Positions 12,888 to 23,817 of a DNA stretch of 64,000 nt are shown piece by piece. Source of the stretch: Octopus sinensis (Eukaryota); contig NC_043000.1 of assembly GCF_006345805.1 (NCBI RefSeq), forward strand, positions 53,568,001 to 53,632,000, read 5' to 3'. Both the position numbers and the translations under genes were made by a program. The notes beneath the pieces are model-generated. The model searched no databases. It saw nothing but the letters and a program-made list of their open reading frames with translations, and was not told the DNA's origin. How positions within the stretch are numbered: position 1 is the stretch's first letter; the number at the start of each line of letters is the position of its first letter.

Positions 12888-13326
12888 TCTTTTGCTTGTT
12901 TCAGTCATTGACTGTGGCCATGCTGGAGCACTGCCTTTACTCAAAGAAAGCAACTGCAAGACTTATTCTTTTTAAGCCTGGTACTTATTTTACTTAATAT
13001 GTTTACGAAACTGCTTGCTTTTGGGGACAGAAACACACCAACATAAACATATACACACATAAACATATACATACATACATAAATACATGCATATATATAA
13101 TATATATATATATATTCTTTTGCTTGTTTCAGTCATTGACTGTGGCCATGCTGGAGCACTGCCTTTACTCAAAGAAAGCAACTGCAAGACTTATTCTTTT
13201 TAAGCCTGGTACTTATTTTACTTAATATGTTTACGAAACTGCTTGCTTTTGGGGACAGAAACACACCAACATAAACATATACACACATAAACATATACAT
13301 ACATACATAAATACATGCATATATAT
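12886..13326. repeat. Exact tandem duplication (period 228 bp) of a SINE tail fragment
   Basis: 12886-13098 is repeated at 13114-13326. Confidence 0.9.
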
Positions 13327-13486
13327 ATATATATATATATATGATGGGCTTCTTTTAGTTTCTGTCTATCAACTCCACTCACAAGGCTTTGGTTGGCTAG
13401 AGGCTTGAGGAGAAGGTACTTGCGCAAACTGCAATGCAGTAAGACTGAACCCCAAAATCTATATCTATAGATATATATGTGCGAGT

Positions 13487-13532
<46 letters not shown>

Positions 13533-13779
13533 GTGTGTGTGTGGGCGTGTGTGTGTGTCTGTCTGTCCTTGTCACTACTTCTTAACCAGTGCTGGTTTGT
13601 TTACATCCTTGTAGTTTAACAGTGCAGCAAAAGAAACTGATAGATTAAGTACCAGGTTTGAGGAATAAGTATTGGTGTCTATGTGTTTGATGAAACCATT
13701 CAATGCAGTGCCTAAGCATGGCAGCAGTCCAATAACTGAAATAAGTAAAAAAGACAAATATGTAAAAGGTCTCATTTCC

Positions 13780-14000
13780 AGAGTGTTGCAGGAATGTGCT
13801 AAAGATCAGCCATCGGATGAAGAAAGGATATCATTAATGTTGTTCTTTGAGTCCCAGACCAGAAGTGACCAAACAGCAAAAAAGAGGTATTCAACCAAGA
13901 TTTTATGTGCTTGTTTTAAAAAATTGCTGAATGCAATTTGATGGAGACATGACTGATATATCTACCAGATGGAATGACAGTATTTAAGAGTCACGGGTTA
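13780..14000 (+). mobile_element. RTE LINE 3' relic
   Basis: Translation ..DEERISLMLFFES.TRS..KKRY..LCACFKKL resembles an RTE ORF C-terminus. Confidence 0.4.
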
Positions 14001-14186
14001 CTTATATTGAATATGCTTTCAGCTAAAACATCACTGATGGAAGTCTAGCTTTGTACTAATTGTATAAGAGAAACCAGAGTCTTTCTCATGCTGTACTGCA
14101 TATTAATCCATCAATGTCTGGTTCTGATAGACAAGATTTTCTTTGATTTATTTTAGTGGTTTCTGTAGCAAGCTACTTTATATATA

Positions 14187-14270
<84 letters not shown>

Positions 14271-14865
14271 CCAAGCATAAATTTAAATAACCATGTTCTC
14301 TAACCGGCAGAATTCACTGCAGAAAATGATTTCTGCAGAATCATTTCCAGGTTTCTGGCACACCAAAACGAAAACATTTGAAATATAACCCCAAATATAA
14401 TTGGTAAAACTATATGCCTGTTCAATCTCCTGTGGACGTCTTGTATAGTTCTGCAAATTATATTTTGCTATGACAGTTACAATGATGAATTGCAAACATT
14501 TACATATATAATTATGTAAGTGGTAACAATGAAACCTGGTATGAGACAAATCATTATTTTGTATCTTTTCATTTATCTTGGTCGCTTACATTCTGGCGTT
14601 TGCTGAATTTTCTTGAGAACAATCGTTTCTTAGTAGTCAGACCATATGGGGTCTACATCTAGCATATTGGATGTTCACATAGTGGTCATCCCACTAATAT
14701 GTATGTAATATAATTTTTATGAATCTTCACATCTTTTTTCAATATGCTAGGTCACTGGTTGAAATTGATATTAATCAAATTAATATTTAATTTTTTACCC
14801 TTATTGTATAAATTTATAAATATATATATGTATATATACATATATATACACAGACACATATATAT

Positions 14866-15025
14866 AGGTGCAGGAGTGGCTGTGTATTGCTTACTTAACA
14901 ACCACATGCTTCCAGGTTCAGTCCCACTGCGTGGCACTTTTGGCAAGTGTCTCCTACTATAGTCTCTGGCTGACCACAACTTTATGAGTGTATTTGGTAG
15001 ATGGAAACTGAAAGAAGCCCATCAT
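14866..15025 (+). mobile_element. SINE 5' half (tRNA-related head)
   Basis: aggtgcaggagtggctgtgt...ggttcagtcccactgcgtggcac, the same head as 27791 and 57179. Confidence 0.75.
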
Positions 15026-15030
15026 GTATG

Positions 15031-15103
<73 letters not shown>

Positions 15104-15278
15104 ATATATATGTATATATACATATATATATAATATATATATATGTATATATATATGACAAATCAAGGAACGGCCATAATAGGCCATTCACCCACTAGAA
15201 ATAACAGCCAAAGCTTCAACCGCAAAACAACATTAATTCCGCAAACCAGGAGAAAATTAAAAAAACATTTACCCTGTA

Positions 15279-15385
15279 GTTCCTTATACGATGCACCGTT
15301 TCATCTATTGTTTAATGGTAAACTAACCTGATTAAATTAAATCAAGCTAGTCTTCCATAGGCCGATAGATTCGTCAGTAAAGAAC
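15279..15385 (-). ncRNA. Intact type I hammerhead ribozyme (inverted copy)
   Basis: Exact reverse complement of 15827-15933. Confidence 0.85.
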
Positions 15386-15826
15386 AGCCAGATCGGAGCA
15401 GATATTTACACGAGGCACTTCTATCACTGTCTCGGCAATATCTGACCTAAAATTTTCAAATCATCGCACTCGCGCCAAATTTATCGGCAGCAAATATAAG
15501 CCGCCGATTCCATTACGGAATTAACCAGAAAATTCATAATTAATCAATATATGGCCGTTCCTTGATTTGTCTGTTGAATTTATAAATGGTCTATGTCTAT
15601 TTAATTTTTTCCCACTAGGCCGCTGGTGGCAAAAAAATTCTACGAAATTTTTTGCCACCCTATATTGATTAATTATGAATTTTCTGGTTAATTCCGTAAT
15701 GGAATCGGCGGCTTATATTTGCTGCCGATAAATTTGGCGCGAGTGCGATGATTTGAAAATTTTAGGTCAGATATTGCCGAGACAGTGATAGAAGTGCCTC
15801 GTGTAAATATCTGCTCCGATCTGGCT

Positions 15827-15933
15827 GTTCTTTACTGACGAATCTATCGGCCTATGGAAGACTAGCTTGATTTAATTTAATCAGGTTAGTTTACCATTAA
15901 ACAATAGATGAAACGGTGCATCGTATAAGGAAC
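15827..15933 (+). ncRNA. Intact type I hammerhead ribozyme
   Basis: gttcttta / CTGACGA / atctat..(long hairpin)..atagat / GAAAC / ggtgcatc / GTA^ / taaggaac. Stem I is 8 bp, all core nucleotides are canonical and loop III is the palindrome TGCA. Predicted cleavage after 15925. Confidence 0.88.
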
Positions 15934-16229
15934 TACAGGGTAAATGTTTTTTTAATTTTCTCCTGGTTTGCGGAATTAATGTTGTTTTGCGGTTGAAGCT
16001 TTGGCTGTTATTTCTAGTGGGTGAATGGCCTATTATGGCCGTTCCTTGATTTGTCTGTTGAATTTATAAATGGTCTATGACTATTTAATTTTTTCCCACT
16101 AGGCCGCTGGTGGCAAAAAAATTCTACGAAATTGATTAATTATGTATATATATATGTATATATATATGCATATAAGTATATATATATATATATGTTTGTA
16201 TGTATATATGTATGTATATATGTATGTGT

Positions 16230-16445
16230 GTGTATGTGTTTGTGTGTTTGTGTTTGTGCCCCAACATCACTTGACAAATGATGCTGGTGTGTTTAAAACC
16301 CTGTAACTTAGCAGTTTGGCAAAAGGGACCAATAGAATATGTATTAGGCATACAAAGAATAAGTTGTGTAGTTGATTTGCTCAACTAAAGGTGGTGCTCC
16401 TGCATGGCCACAGCCAAATGATTGAAATAAGCAAATGAATAAAAG
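16230..16445 (+). mobile_element. SINE 3' half
   Basis: Tail ggtggtgctcctgcatggccacagccaaatgattgaaata. Confidence 0.7.
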
Positions 16446-16538
16446 AATAATATATATATATATGTACATACATATATTAATAATAATGGTAAGGCAACAA
16501 AAGAATGAATGAGACCTTGATATGTTAATAGAGGAATT

Positions 16539-16757
16539 TATCTGTAATCTAATATGTGACAATTATTCAGTTGCCATAAGACTCCAAGTTTCAGATGTCA
16601 GGGTAGAAAACTGCTCCAGCATCTCATCAGTTATCAAGGCAATCATTTTTTGATTGCCTTGATAACTGAAATGCTAGCGCAGTTTCCCACCCCAACATCC
16701 AAAACTTGGAGTCGTATTATGGCAACTGAATAATTGTCACATATTATATTACAGATA
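16539..16757. repeat. Fold-back palindrome made of two degenerate hammerhead copies
   Basis: Arms 16539-16644 and 16652-16757. The minus arm reads ttgcc-ttg-ataa / CTGATGA / gatg..catct / GAAAC / ttgga / GTC / ttat-ggcaa. Confidence 0.75.
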
Positions 16758-16967
16758 TATATATATATGGCAGTCAAACTGTAATACAACCAAAACTTGA
16801 TGTATTGAGAGGAACTTTCTTTTGTATGTTTATCTCTCTCTTTCTCACTCTCTGTATACTGTTTTTAAATAAGATATCTAACTCCTACCAGATATGCCTC
16901 TTTATTTTGTTTGTCTAGTCACTCTTGTATATGAATATAAATATATATAAACACACACATATATATG

Positions 16968-17003
<36 letters not shown>

Positions 17004-17539
17004 TATAATATATATATATATATGTATATATGTGTATGTGTGTGTGTGTTTGTCTATGTGTACACACACAGGCACATGCACACACACACACATACTCACA
17101 CATATGTACATATATTCAATGTGCCCCAAAAATGTATACACACATTGAATGATTATATGTCAATATTTGTTAAGCAATATTTTAAAAATTTCATGCCACA
17201 TAAAGACAGAATTTACTTTTTATGGACAGTTGACCATTTTGGTCTAGAGGCTGCTGATAATACCAGGCACCAGGTTTACTTAGAGAAGTGACAAGCAGGT
17301 ATTAGGTAATTTGCCAAGTTTTATAGCTTGAAGATCAGAGGCGTGCGGTGTTCTGGACTGCAAGAGAGTGTATTAGTGAGAATCAAAATGTGTGTGTGAA
17401 AAGTGTGTGCCATTCCATTTATTAATTCGAAAAGAAAAGAGAAACTGCCACTATGAAAAGCAACTAAATGGAGAGAATGCTTGGGAGAAAGGTTTCTCAA
17501 TGTGAACCCAACAGAGGGCACAGCCATACAAGTTAACAG

Positions 17540-17840
17540 TAGTATGTTAAAGTAATCAATGATATGAAGACAGGGAAAGCTACTGGTCCATCATGAATCA
17601 CTATAAGATGCTTAAAATATCTGGCTCAGTAGGATATGGCCTAGTTCTCTGTTCAACCAATCAGGTTGTACAGAAGGGTGTTTTATACCCAATGATTAGG
17701 GTAGCTGCTGTTACAAGAGTAACGAGGATACCTTACATAGAGGTAATTACAGGGGTATCAAGTTGCAAAACTGTGAGATATAATTTGGTTTTGTTTCAGA
17801 GAAGAGGACTATGGATACTATTTTCCTAGTAAGGCAGTTG
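17540..17840 (+). mobile_element. RTE LINE reverse-transcriptase relic
   Basis: ..KVINDMKTGKATGPS..MLKISGSVGYGLV..NQVVQKGV..RGNYRG..; typical of the start of an RTE RT domain, frameshifted. Confidence 0.6.
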
Positions 17841-18988
17841 CACTATGCCTATCTCCTTTCCACTACTCCCTCAGCCTACCCCACCTTGTCATATTTCTCT
17901 CCTCCTCCTCTTCCTGTCAACTGTATCATTACCATTCTGCTGCTCATTACTGTCCTCCCCAACTCATCGATTATCATGTTTCAATGCCTCAAAATTGATA
18001 TTTTGAATAGTTACAAGTTGACTACAATATCTTTATGTTGAGAAGGAAGACTGAATGCAGATGAGATGAGATGAGAATGACAAGTTAGTTAAAACTTAAA
18101 ATTTATTGCTGTAGCTGTTGCTGTTTAGCATCAAGTTGAACATAAACGAAAATTCTCATGATCAAAGACATTACATACATCCATTACCGTAATTATTGTA
18201 TTTCTGGATATATTATCTAATGATTAGAATGTATCAGGAAAGAATTACATGACAAATTCTTCAAGTTGAGCCAGCCAGCAGGATAGTCCAAGAATGAGAC
18301 AGCTTGATAATATCCATTGATTCAGTTGGTAATGCTTGGCAATCCAGCCAGGAAGTAGCTTCTGAAAGGACTCTATGGAGGAGGTGACTGAGGATTCTAA
18401 CTCCCTTATGACACTTGTATGAATGCTGAGCAGAGAAGATGGATATATTATCCAGTGAGTTCACTTTTAAGATAGCTAGCTGGATGTAGTTTGAGGGAAT
18501 TTTGACTGTAACTTTTAGCAGGTTGATCAACCACCTAGAAGCTCTTTTGTTAACTCAGTTAAAAATATTGTTTGATATACGTGAGAGCATTTATATTGGT
18601 ATTGATGTTTCATGCAGATGTATTTGTGTAATGTGTATAATGCACCACCACTAGCTGTTTGTCTTTACAAGGTGTTGATAATTTGACTAACATAAGATGG
18701 TGTATTAGCAGAATCATTAGCATATTAGATAAAGCACCATGCTATAGTTAGTCATGGCCTTTTACATTCTTAAGTTCAAATACTGCGAAATGTAACTTTA
18801 CCTTATACCATTTCACAGCTGATTAAGCATGAGTGAAAATAATAGAGTCAATAGAATTGACTGTACTCCATTTGACCATGGGGAATATAAGGCCATGTAC
18901 CAATATTAGAAATCATTATTATGATAAAGAAAATGTGAAATCAGCAGTTAAAAATTATTGGGTACTTGGAAGAAGATTATACTGCATA

Positions 18989-19340
18989 GGTGGCACTGGC
19001 ATCAGCCATGTTCGGATGGTGCTTTTTTTTCTCTTTTGTGCTAATGGCATGTAAAAAGCACCATCCGAACGTGGCTGATGCCAGCGCTGCTTTTACTGGC
19101 TTCTGTGCCAGTGGCATGTAAAAAGCAGCAAATGATCGTGGCCACTGCCAGCCTCCCCTGGCACCTGTGCTGGTGGCATGTAAAAAGCACCCACTACACT
19201 CACGGAGTGGTTGGCGATAGGAAGGGCATCCAGCTGTAGAAATACTGCCAGATCAGACTGGAGCCTGGTGCAGCCTCCTGGTTTCCCAGACCGCGGTCAA
19301 ACCATCCTACCCATGATAGCATGGAAAACGGATGTTAAAC

Positions 19341-19350
<10 letters not shown>
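18989..19350 (+). mobile_element. SINE-like element with (GAT)n tail and a 5' inverted segment
   Basis: Core ggagtggttggcgataggaagggcatccagctgtagaaa and tail ggatgttaaacgatgatgatg. 18989-19028 is inverted relative to 19053-19090. Confidence 0.7.
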
Positions 19351-19371
<21 letters not shown>

Positions 19372-20325
19372 GAGATAAGACAGAAAACTCATATGATTTT
19401 TCATCAAAACTATGATTGCAAATAGGAGAAAAATGGTATTCAGTAGACAAGTGCTTGGATGTCGTGTATGTTCTCTACAGAAAGGCACCTCTGCATGATT
19501 CTGGTATAAAAATCACCTCTCCACCTTCTCAAATATCCTCATTGCAACCACTTAGCTAATAGAGTCTTTCTTGTTCCCCCTTTCCCCTTTTCTTGTCTTT
19601 TCCTGTCTTGTAAGTTGCCTGGAAACCCCACTAATGCTTGTGGCCTGCAAAAAGCACCCAATATATATTGTAAAGTGATTGGCATTAGAAAGGACATCCA
19701 ACTGTAGAAACTATGGCAAAGTTGACATGGATCATGATGCAGCCTTGTGTAAAACAGTACATCACATGCCAGCAGGAAGCATTAACTCATAATGATGATG
19801 ATGATGATGATGATGATGATGTAATATTTCTGTTAATAATTAAAGGAAAATGCAATTTTCAGCAACAGAACTTTTAAGTAAATAAATGTATGTATTCACA
19901 GCCATATGTGATTAATCTTGCTGAGAAATTAGGTTCAAAAGGTGCTTTCTAGTGGCTTGTGAGGGACATGAAACTTACTGGTTTCCTTATTATTTAACAA
20001 TTAAACAGAATTCATTCATCTCTTATTTTGAAACAGCCAATTATGATAACTGAAAGCTACTTATTAAAATGTAAATAAGTACGTTTCCATGTGCAAGCTC
20101 ATTTGCATAAGGCCACAAAGTTGACAGCTGAACAATTATTTATTAGGGTTGAAAATAAATACATGCACAAATTCACATCCATTTAGTCTTGCTTAGGAAA
20201 CAAAATTCTGTCATTGTAGTAACTTAGTAAAAGGCAACAACAACAACAACAACAATAATAATCTTGTCTGTCATTTAGGCACAAGGTAAGTAAACTTTTT
20301 ACCTCACATCCATGCATGTATGGTA

Positions 20326-20375
<50 letters not shown>

Positions 20376-20378
<3 letters not shown>

Positions 20379-20589
20379 TTTCAAAATTTGACACAAGGTC
20401 AGCAATTTCAGGGTAGGAGGCAAGTCAAATACATCAACCCTGGAGCTCAATGGGTATTTATATTATTGACCCTGAAAGGATGGAAGGTAAAGTTGACCTT
20501 GGCAGCATTTGAACTCAGAACATAAAAACGAATGAAAAGATGCTAAGCATTTTGCCTGGTGTACTAACAATTCAGCCAGCTCAATGCCT

Positions 20590-20590
<1 letters not shown>
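20376..20590 (-). mobile_element. SINE (second abundant family), flanked by (TAA)n
   Basis: tttcaaaatttgacacaagg..gaaaggatggaaggtaaagttgacc..tttgaactcagaac. Other copies at 26815-27000, 29860-30060, 30450-30885, 31770-32170, 34685-34885 and 42285-42495. Confidence 0.7.
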
Positions 20591-20632
<42 letters not shown>

Positions 20633-21967
20633 TAATAATAATAATAATAACAATTAATACTAGATAAAATGTAAGATGATTAAAGATGTCTTTACAAGGA
20701 ATAAAAATCAATGGAAGTCATTAACCATTATAATAGAATTTATTAACTAAAGTTGACAAAAGTTGGTAATTTCATATTATCTCAATGATAATTCTACAAA
20801 CTTCCAAACATGAAACATTTTAAACTTAATGGTTTCTCACTCATATTGCAATAAACTAGTTGAAAACGACTAGTTGTCAGTTTCAATTTGTCTGAATTCT
20901 ATACTTACATTTTTAACAATAATTGCTTCATATTATTTCCAATAGCTTTCAGTAAATTGGATTCACCCACTCCCTCTGAAAATTATATTTCTTGATTATA
21001 TAGTTTTCAACCAAATACATCTTACTGAGCTGTCAATTCTTAACAAGCAGTTCAAATTATAATTACAAACAAGGAAGATAATAAAGCTTCATCAGCCATT
21101 TGAATTATATTTTTTGTTTCTCCTCTTTAATTCATCAAGAATTCATTCGCCTCCGTGTCTGTGTGTGTGATTAAGTCCATCTCACTGTTATGTATGGATG
21201 TTCAGGTTGCAAGGAAATGAGGGCAGAATATATGGAAGGAAACTTTGTAGTGTTCCATCAGAACCAGATTGTATACACTTTTGTCCCTACTTCTTGTTAA
21301 CCTCTCAAAAACGGTTTGAAAATCTTGTAATATAGTCATGGGCAAACTGCAACCTACAGGACTTTCTGAATGGCATGACTAACAAAAAATTATCTTCAAT
21401 TTGTCTCTGGTAATGCAGCCCATCTGATGATGTGCTAGATCTCATGAAGTCTGCTTCTCAAAAAAGTTAACTGTTCCTGCTGTAATATATAAGGTAGCCA
21501 CACCTCCACCAAGTAACTTAAACAGGGAAACTAAATTATGATCTAGAATCCTTAGTGAGTTAGGTATGTCTTCTTTGGCACATGATAAATCATCATCATC
21601 ATGATAAATGATTCTGATAAATCAATAGACCAAGAACAGTAGTGGATCGAATGGTTGAAAAGGCAGTTTTAACAAGTTTTATAGAATATGAAGGGAATGA
21701 TAAGATGCTATAGACATTCAGGCTGACTACAGCTATTAATGACTATTGTTACTTCATCTTGCCTCTGGATCAAGGAAGGCACAGACAAGTGACTAATACT
21801 AACATTGTGCAATCCTTCCTGCCTTAAATTCATTTGAACCATGCAGACTTATCACTATCCCTTCTATTTTAGGAATATCTAAACATGACCCTCTTTTTCA
21901 ACAAAATAGTAACTAATTTAAGGGAAGTTTGATTACTGTATCTAGCAGACAAAATTATTTATTTGTT

Positions 21968-22848
21968 TTGGGTCATCCCACAAATAATACAGTTTTTTCA
22001 ATTGCATGAACTAAAAGTTGGAGGGGGACGGGATAAACTACCTGCATCAACTTGCTATAAAAGCAGTTAGTTATTTTACTTTGTACTTATTCTTAGTGCA
22101 TGTTTTGAAGAGTGCAGTTCGATTTTAACAGTTATTTTTCAAAGCTATAATGGAGGTGACAAAGGAGCATATTCGGCATATTTTGCTTTATGAGTTCAAT
22201 AAAGGCAACAATGCAACATAAAATGCGAAGAATATTAATGCAGTATATGGGGATCGGAGAATAAGAGTAAACCAGTGTCAATGGTAGTTCCAGAAATTCC
22301 AAGCCAGAAACTACAGCTTAGAAGACGAATCTTGTCCTGGAAGATCTGCAGAGCTCAACAAGGACATTTTGCAAACCCTGGTGGAAAAAAATCTCATTGT
22401 AGCTGTTGAGGAACTAGCAGAAAAGACTGGATTTGACCATTCAACCTGTCATTCAAGTCAGCACTAGAAGAAAAACGACCATCTTTGGATTCAAGACGAA
22501 AGGTGTTCTTCCATCAGGATAATGCTTGGCCACATACAGCAAAGATAACATCCCAAAGGCTGGAGAAGTTTCAAAGGGAAACAATTCTCCACCTCCACCC
22601 CCCATATTTGCTGGACATTGACCCATCTCATTATTATTTATTCCACAGTCTTCAAACTCATTTGGTCAGGAAAAATATGAATTCAGTAGATAAAGTTAGA
22701 ACAATACTGGAGAAGTATTTTTCATCAAGAACAAGTGAATTTTGGAAGAGGGAAAGAGAGAATATTTTAGATTAAAAAATAACTTTGTTTATCTTAATTT
22801 TGAAAATAAAAGAAGTATAAAAAACGTATTATTTATGGGATGACCCAA
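21968..22848 (+). mobile_element. Internally deleted mariner (DD34D) element
   Basis: TIRs TTGGGTCATCCCACAAATAATAC / GTATTATTTATGGGATGACCCAA|TA. Relic ORF MEVTKEHIRHILLYEFNKG..(deletion)..FHQDNAWPH..HPPYLLDIDPSHYYLF. Confidence 0.9.
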
Positions 22849-23561
22849 TATATCAGTTGTAGTTTAGCTCCAAGTGAGCCTGGATCAAGTACTTCTAAGA
22901 TCAAAAGTATTCCAGTTGTAAGAATCCCATCACCTTTTCTTATTTCTTTTTTCTTTTTAAGTAGTTTGTTTACATGTGGAAGACTTGCCTACTATTTCTT
23001 GCAGTATAGTCAACCTCATAGAAGAGGCATGGGAAAAGTTTAGGAGAAATGAGCCACATGAAACATGGCCATCATCAGGTATACCACACTACTAAAAAAA
23101 TTTAAGGCAACTTTGCATTAGGCATGCCATTCAGAAAGCACAGCAGGCTGCAATTTGCTTATGACTGTCGCAGTGACTTCCACAGATTTTGGTAAAAGCA
23201 AGAGTAGAAGTGAGGAAAGAGGATCCCTTCAAAGTATGACAGTTACTGTTCCTCTGATTTGAGATGGCAGTCAAATTCATGGCTGTGTAATCTGACAGTA
23301 CACCAGTGATCAAGACAAATTAATGGAACAATCAATTAATCTACTGCACTGAATCATATGAGAATTCTTATGTTGTTTTTATAAAAGTTTATATTATTAT
23401 AAACGATGATCAAGCTTTAATTTTAATGAATAATTATTCCATGTTGTTAAAGGAGTGATCAATAATATATTTAGAGTAGAATAATTATTTTTCTTTTTAT
23501 TTGCAAGATGTTAATTCACATTATGTAAGATTGATTAAGTTTGTTTGATATAATTTAGAAA

Positions 23562-23565
<4 letters not shown>

Positions 23566-23639
<74 letters not shown>

Positions 23640-23705
23640 ATATGTATACATATATATATATATGTATGTATATTTGTATACATACACACATAGATATATA
23701 TATAT

Positions 23706-23750
<45 letters not shown>

Positions 23751-23817
23751 TATATATATATGAAATTAGATAGATAGATAGATAATTAGATAGACAGATA
23801 GATAGATAGATAGATAT
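23566..23817. repeat. (TA)n / (GATA)n compound microsatellite
   Basis: Direct reading. Confidence 0.95.

Larger units (their letters stand above)
15157..16144. mobile_element. ORF-less fold-back element with 395 bp perfect inverted arms, each carrying a hammerhead (Penelope-dependent / retrozyme-like)
   Basis: 15157-15551 is the reverse complement of 15661-16055. The spacer 15550-15649 duplicates 16034-16133 (1 mismatch). Inserted in (TA)n. Confidence 0.8.
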
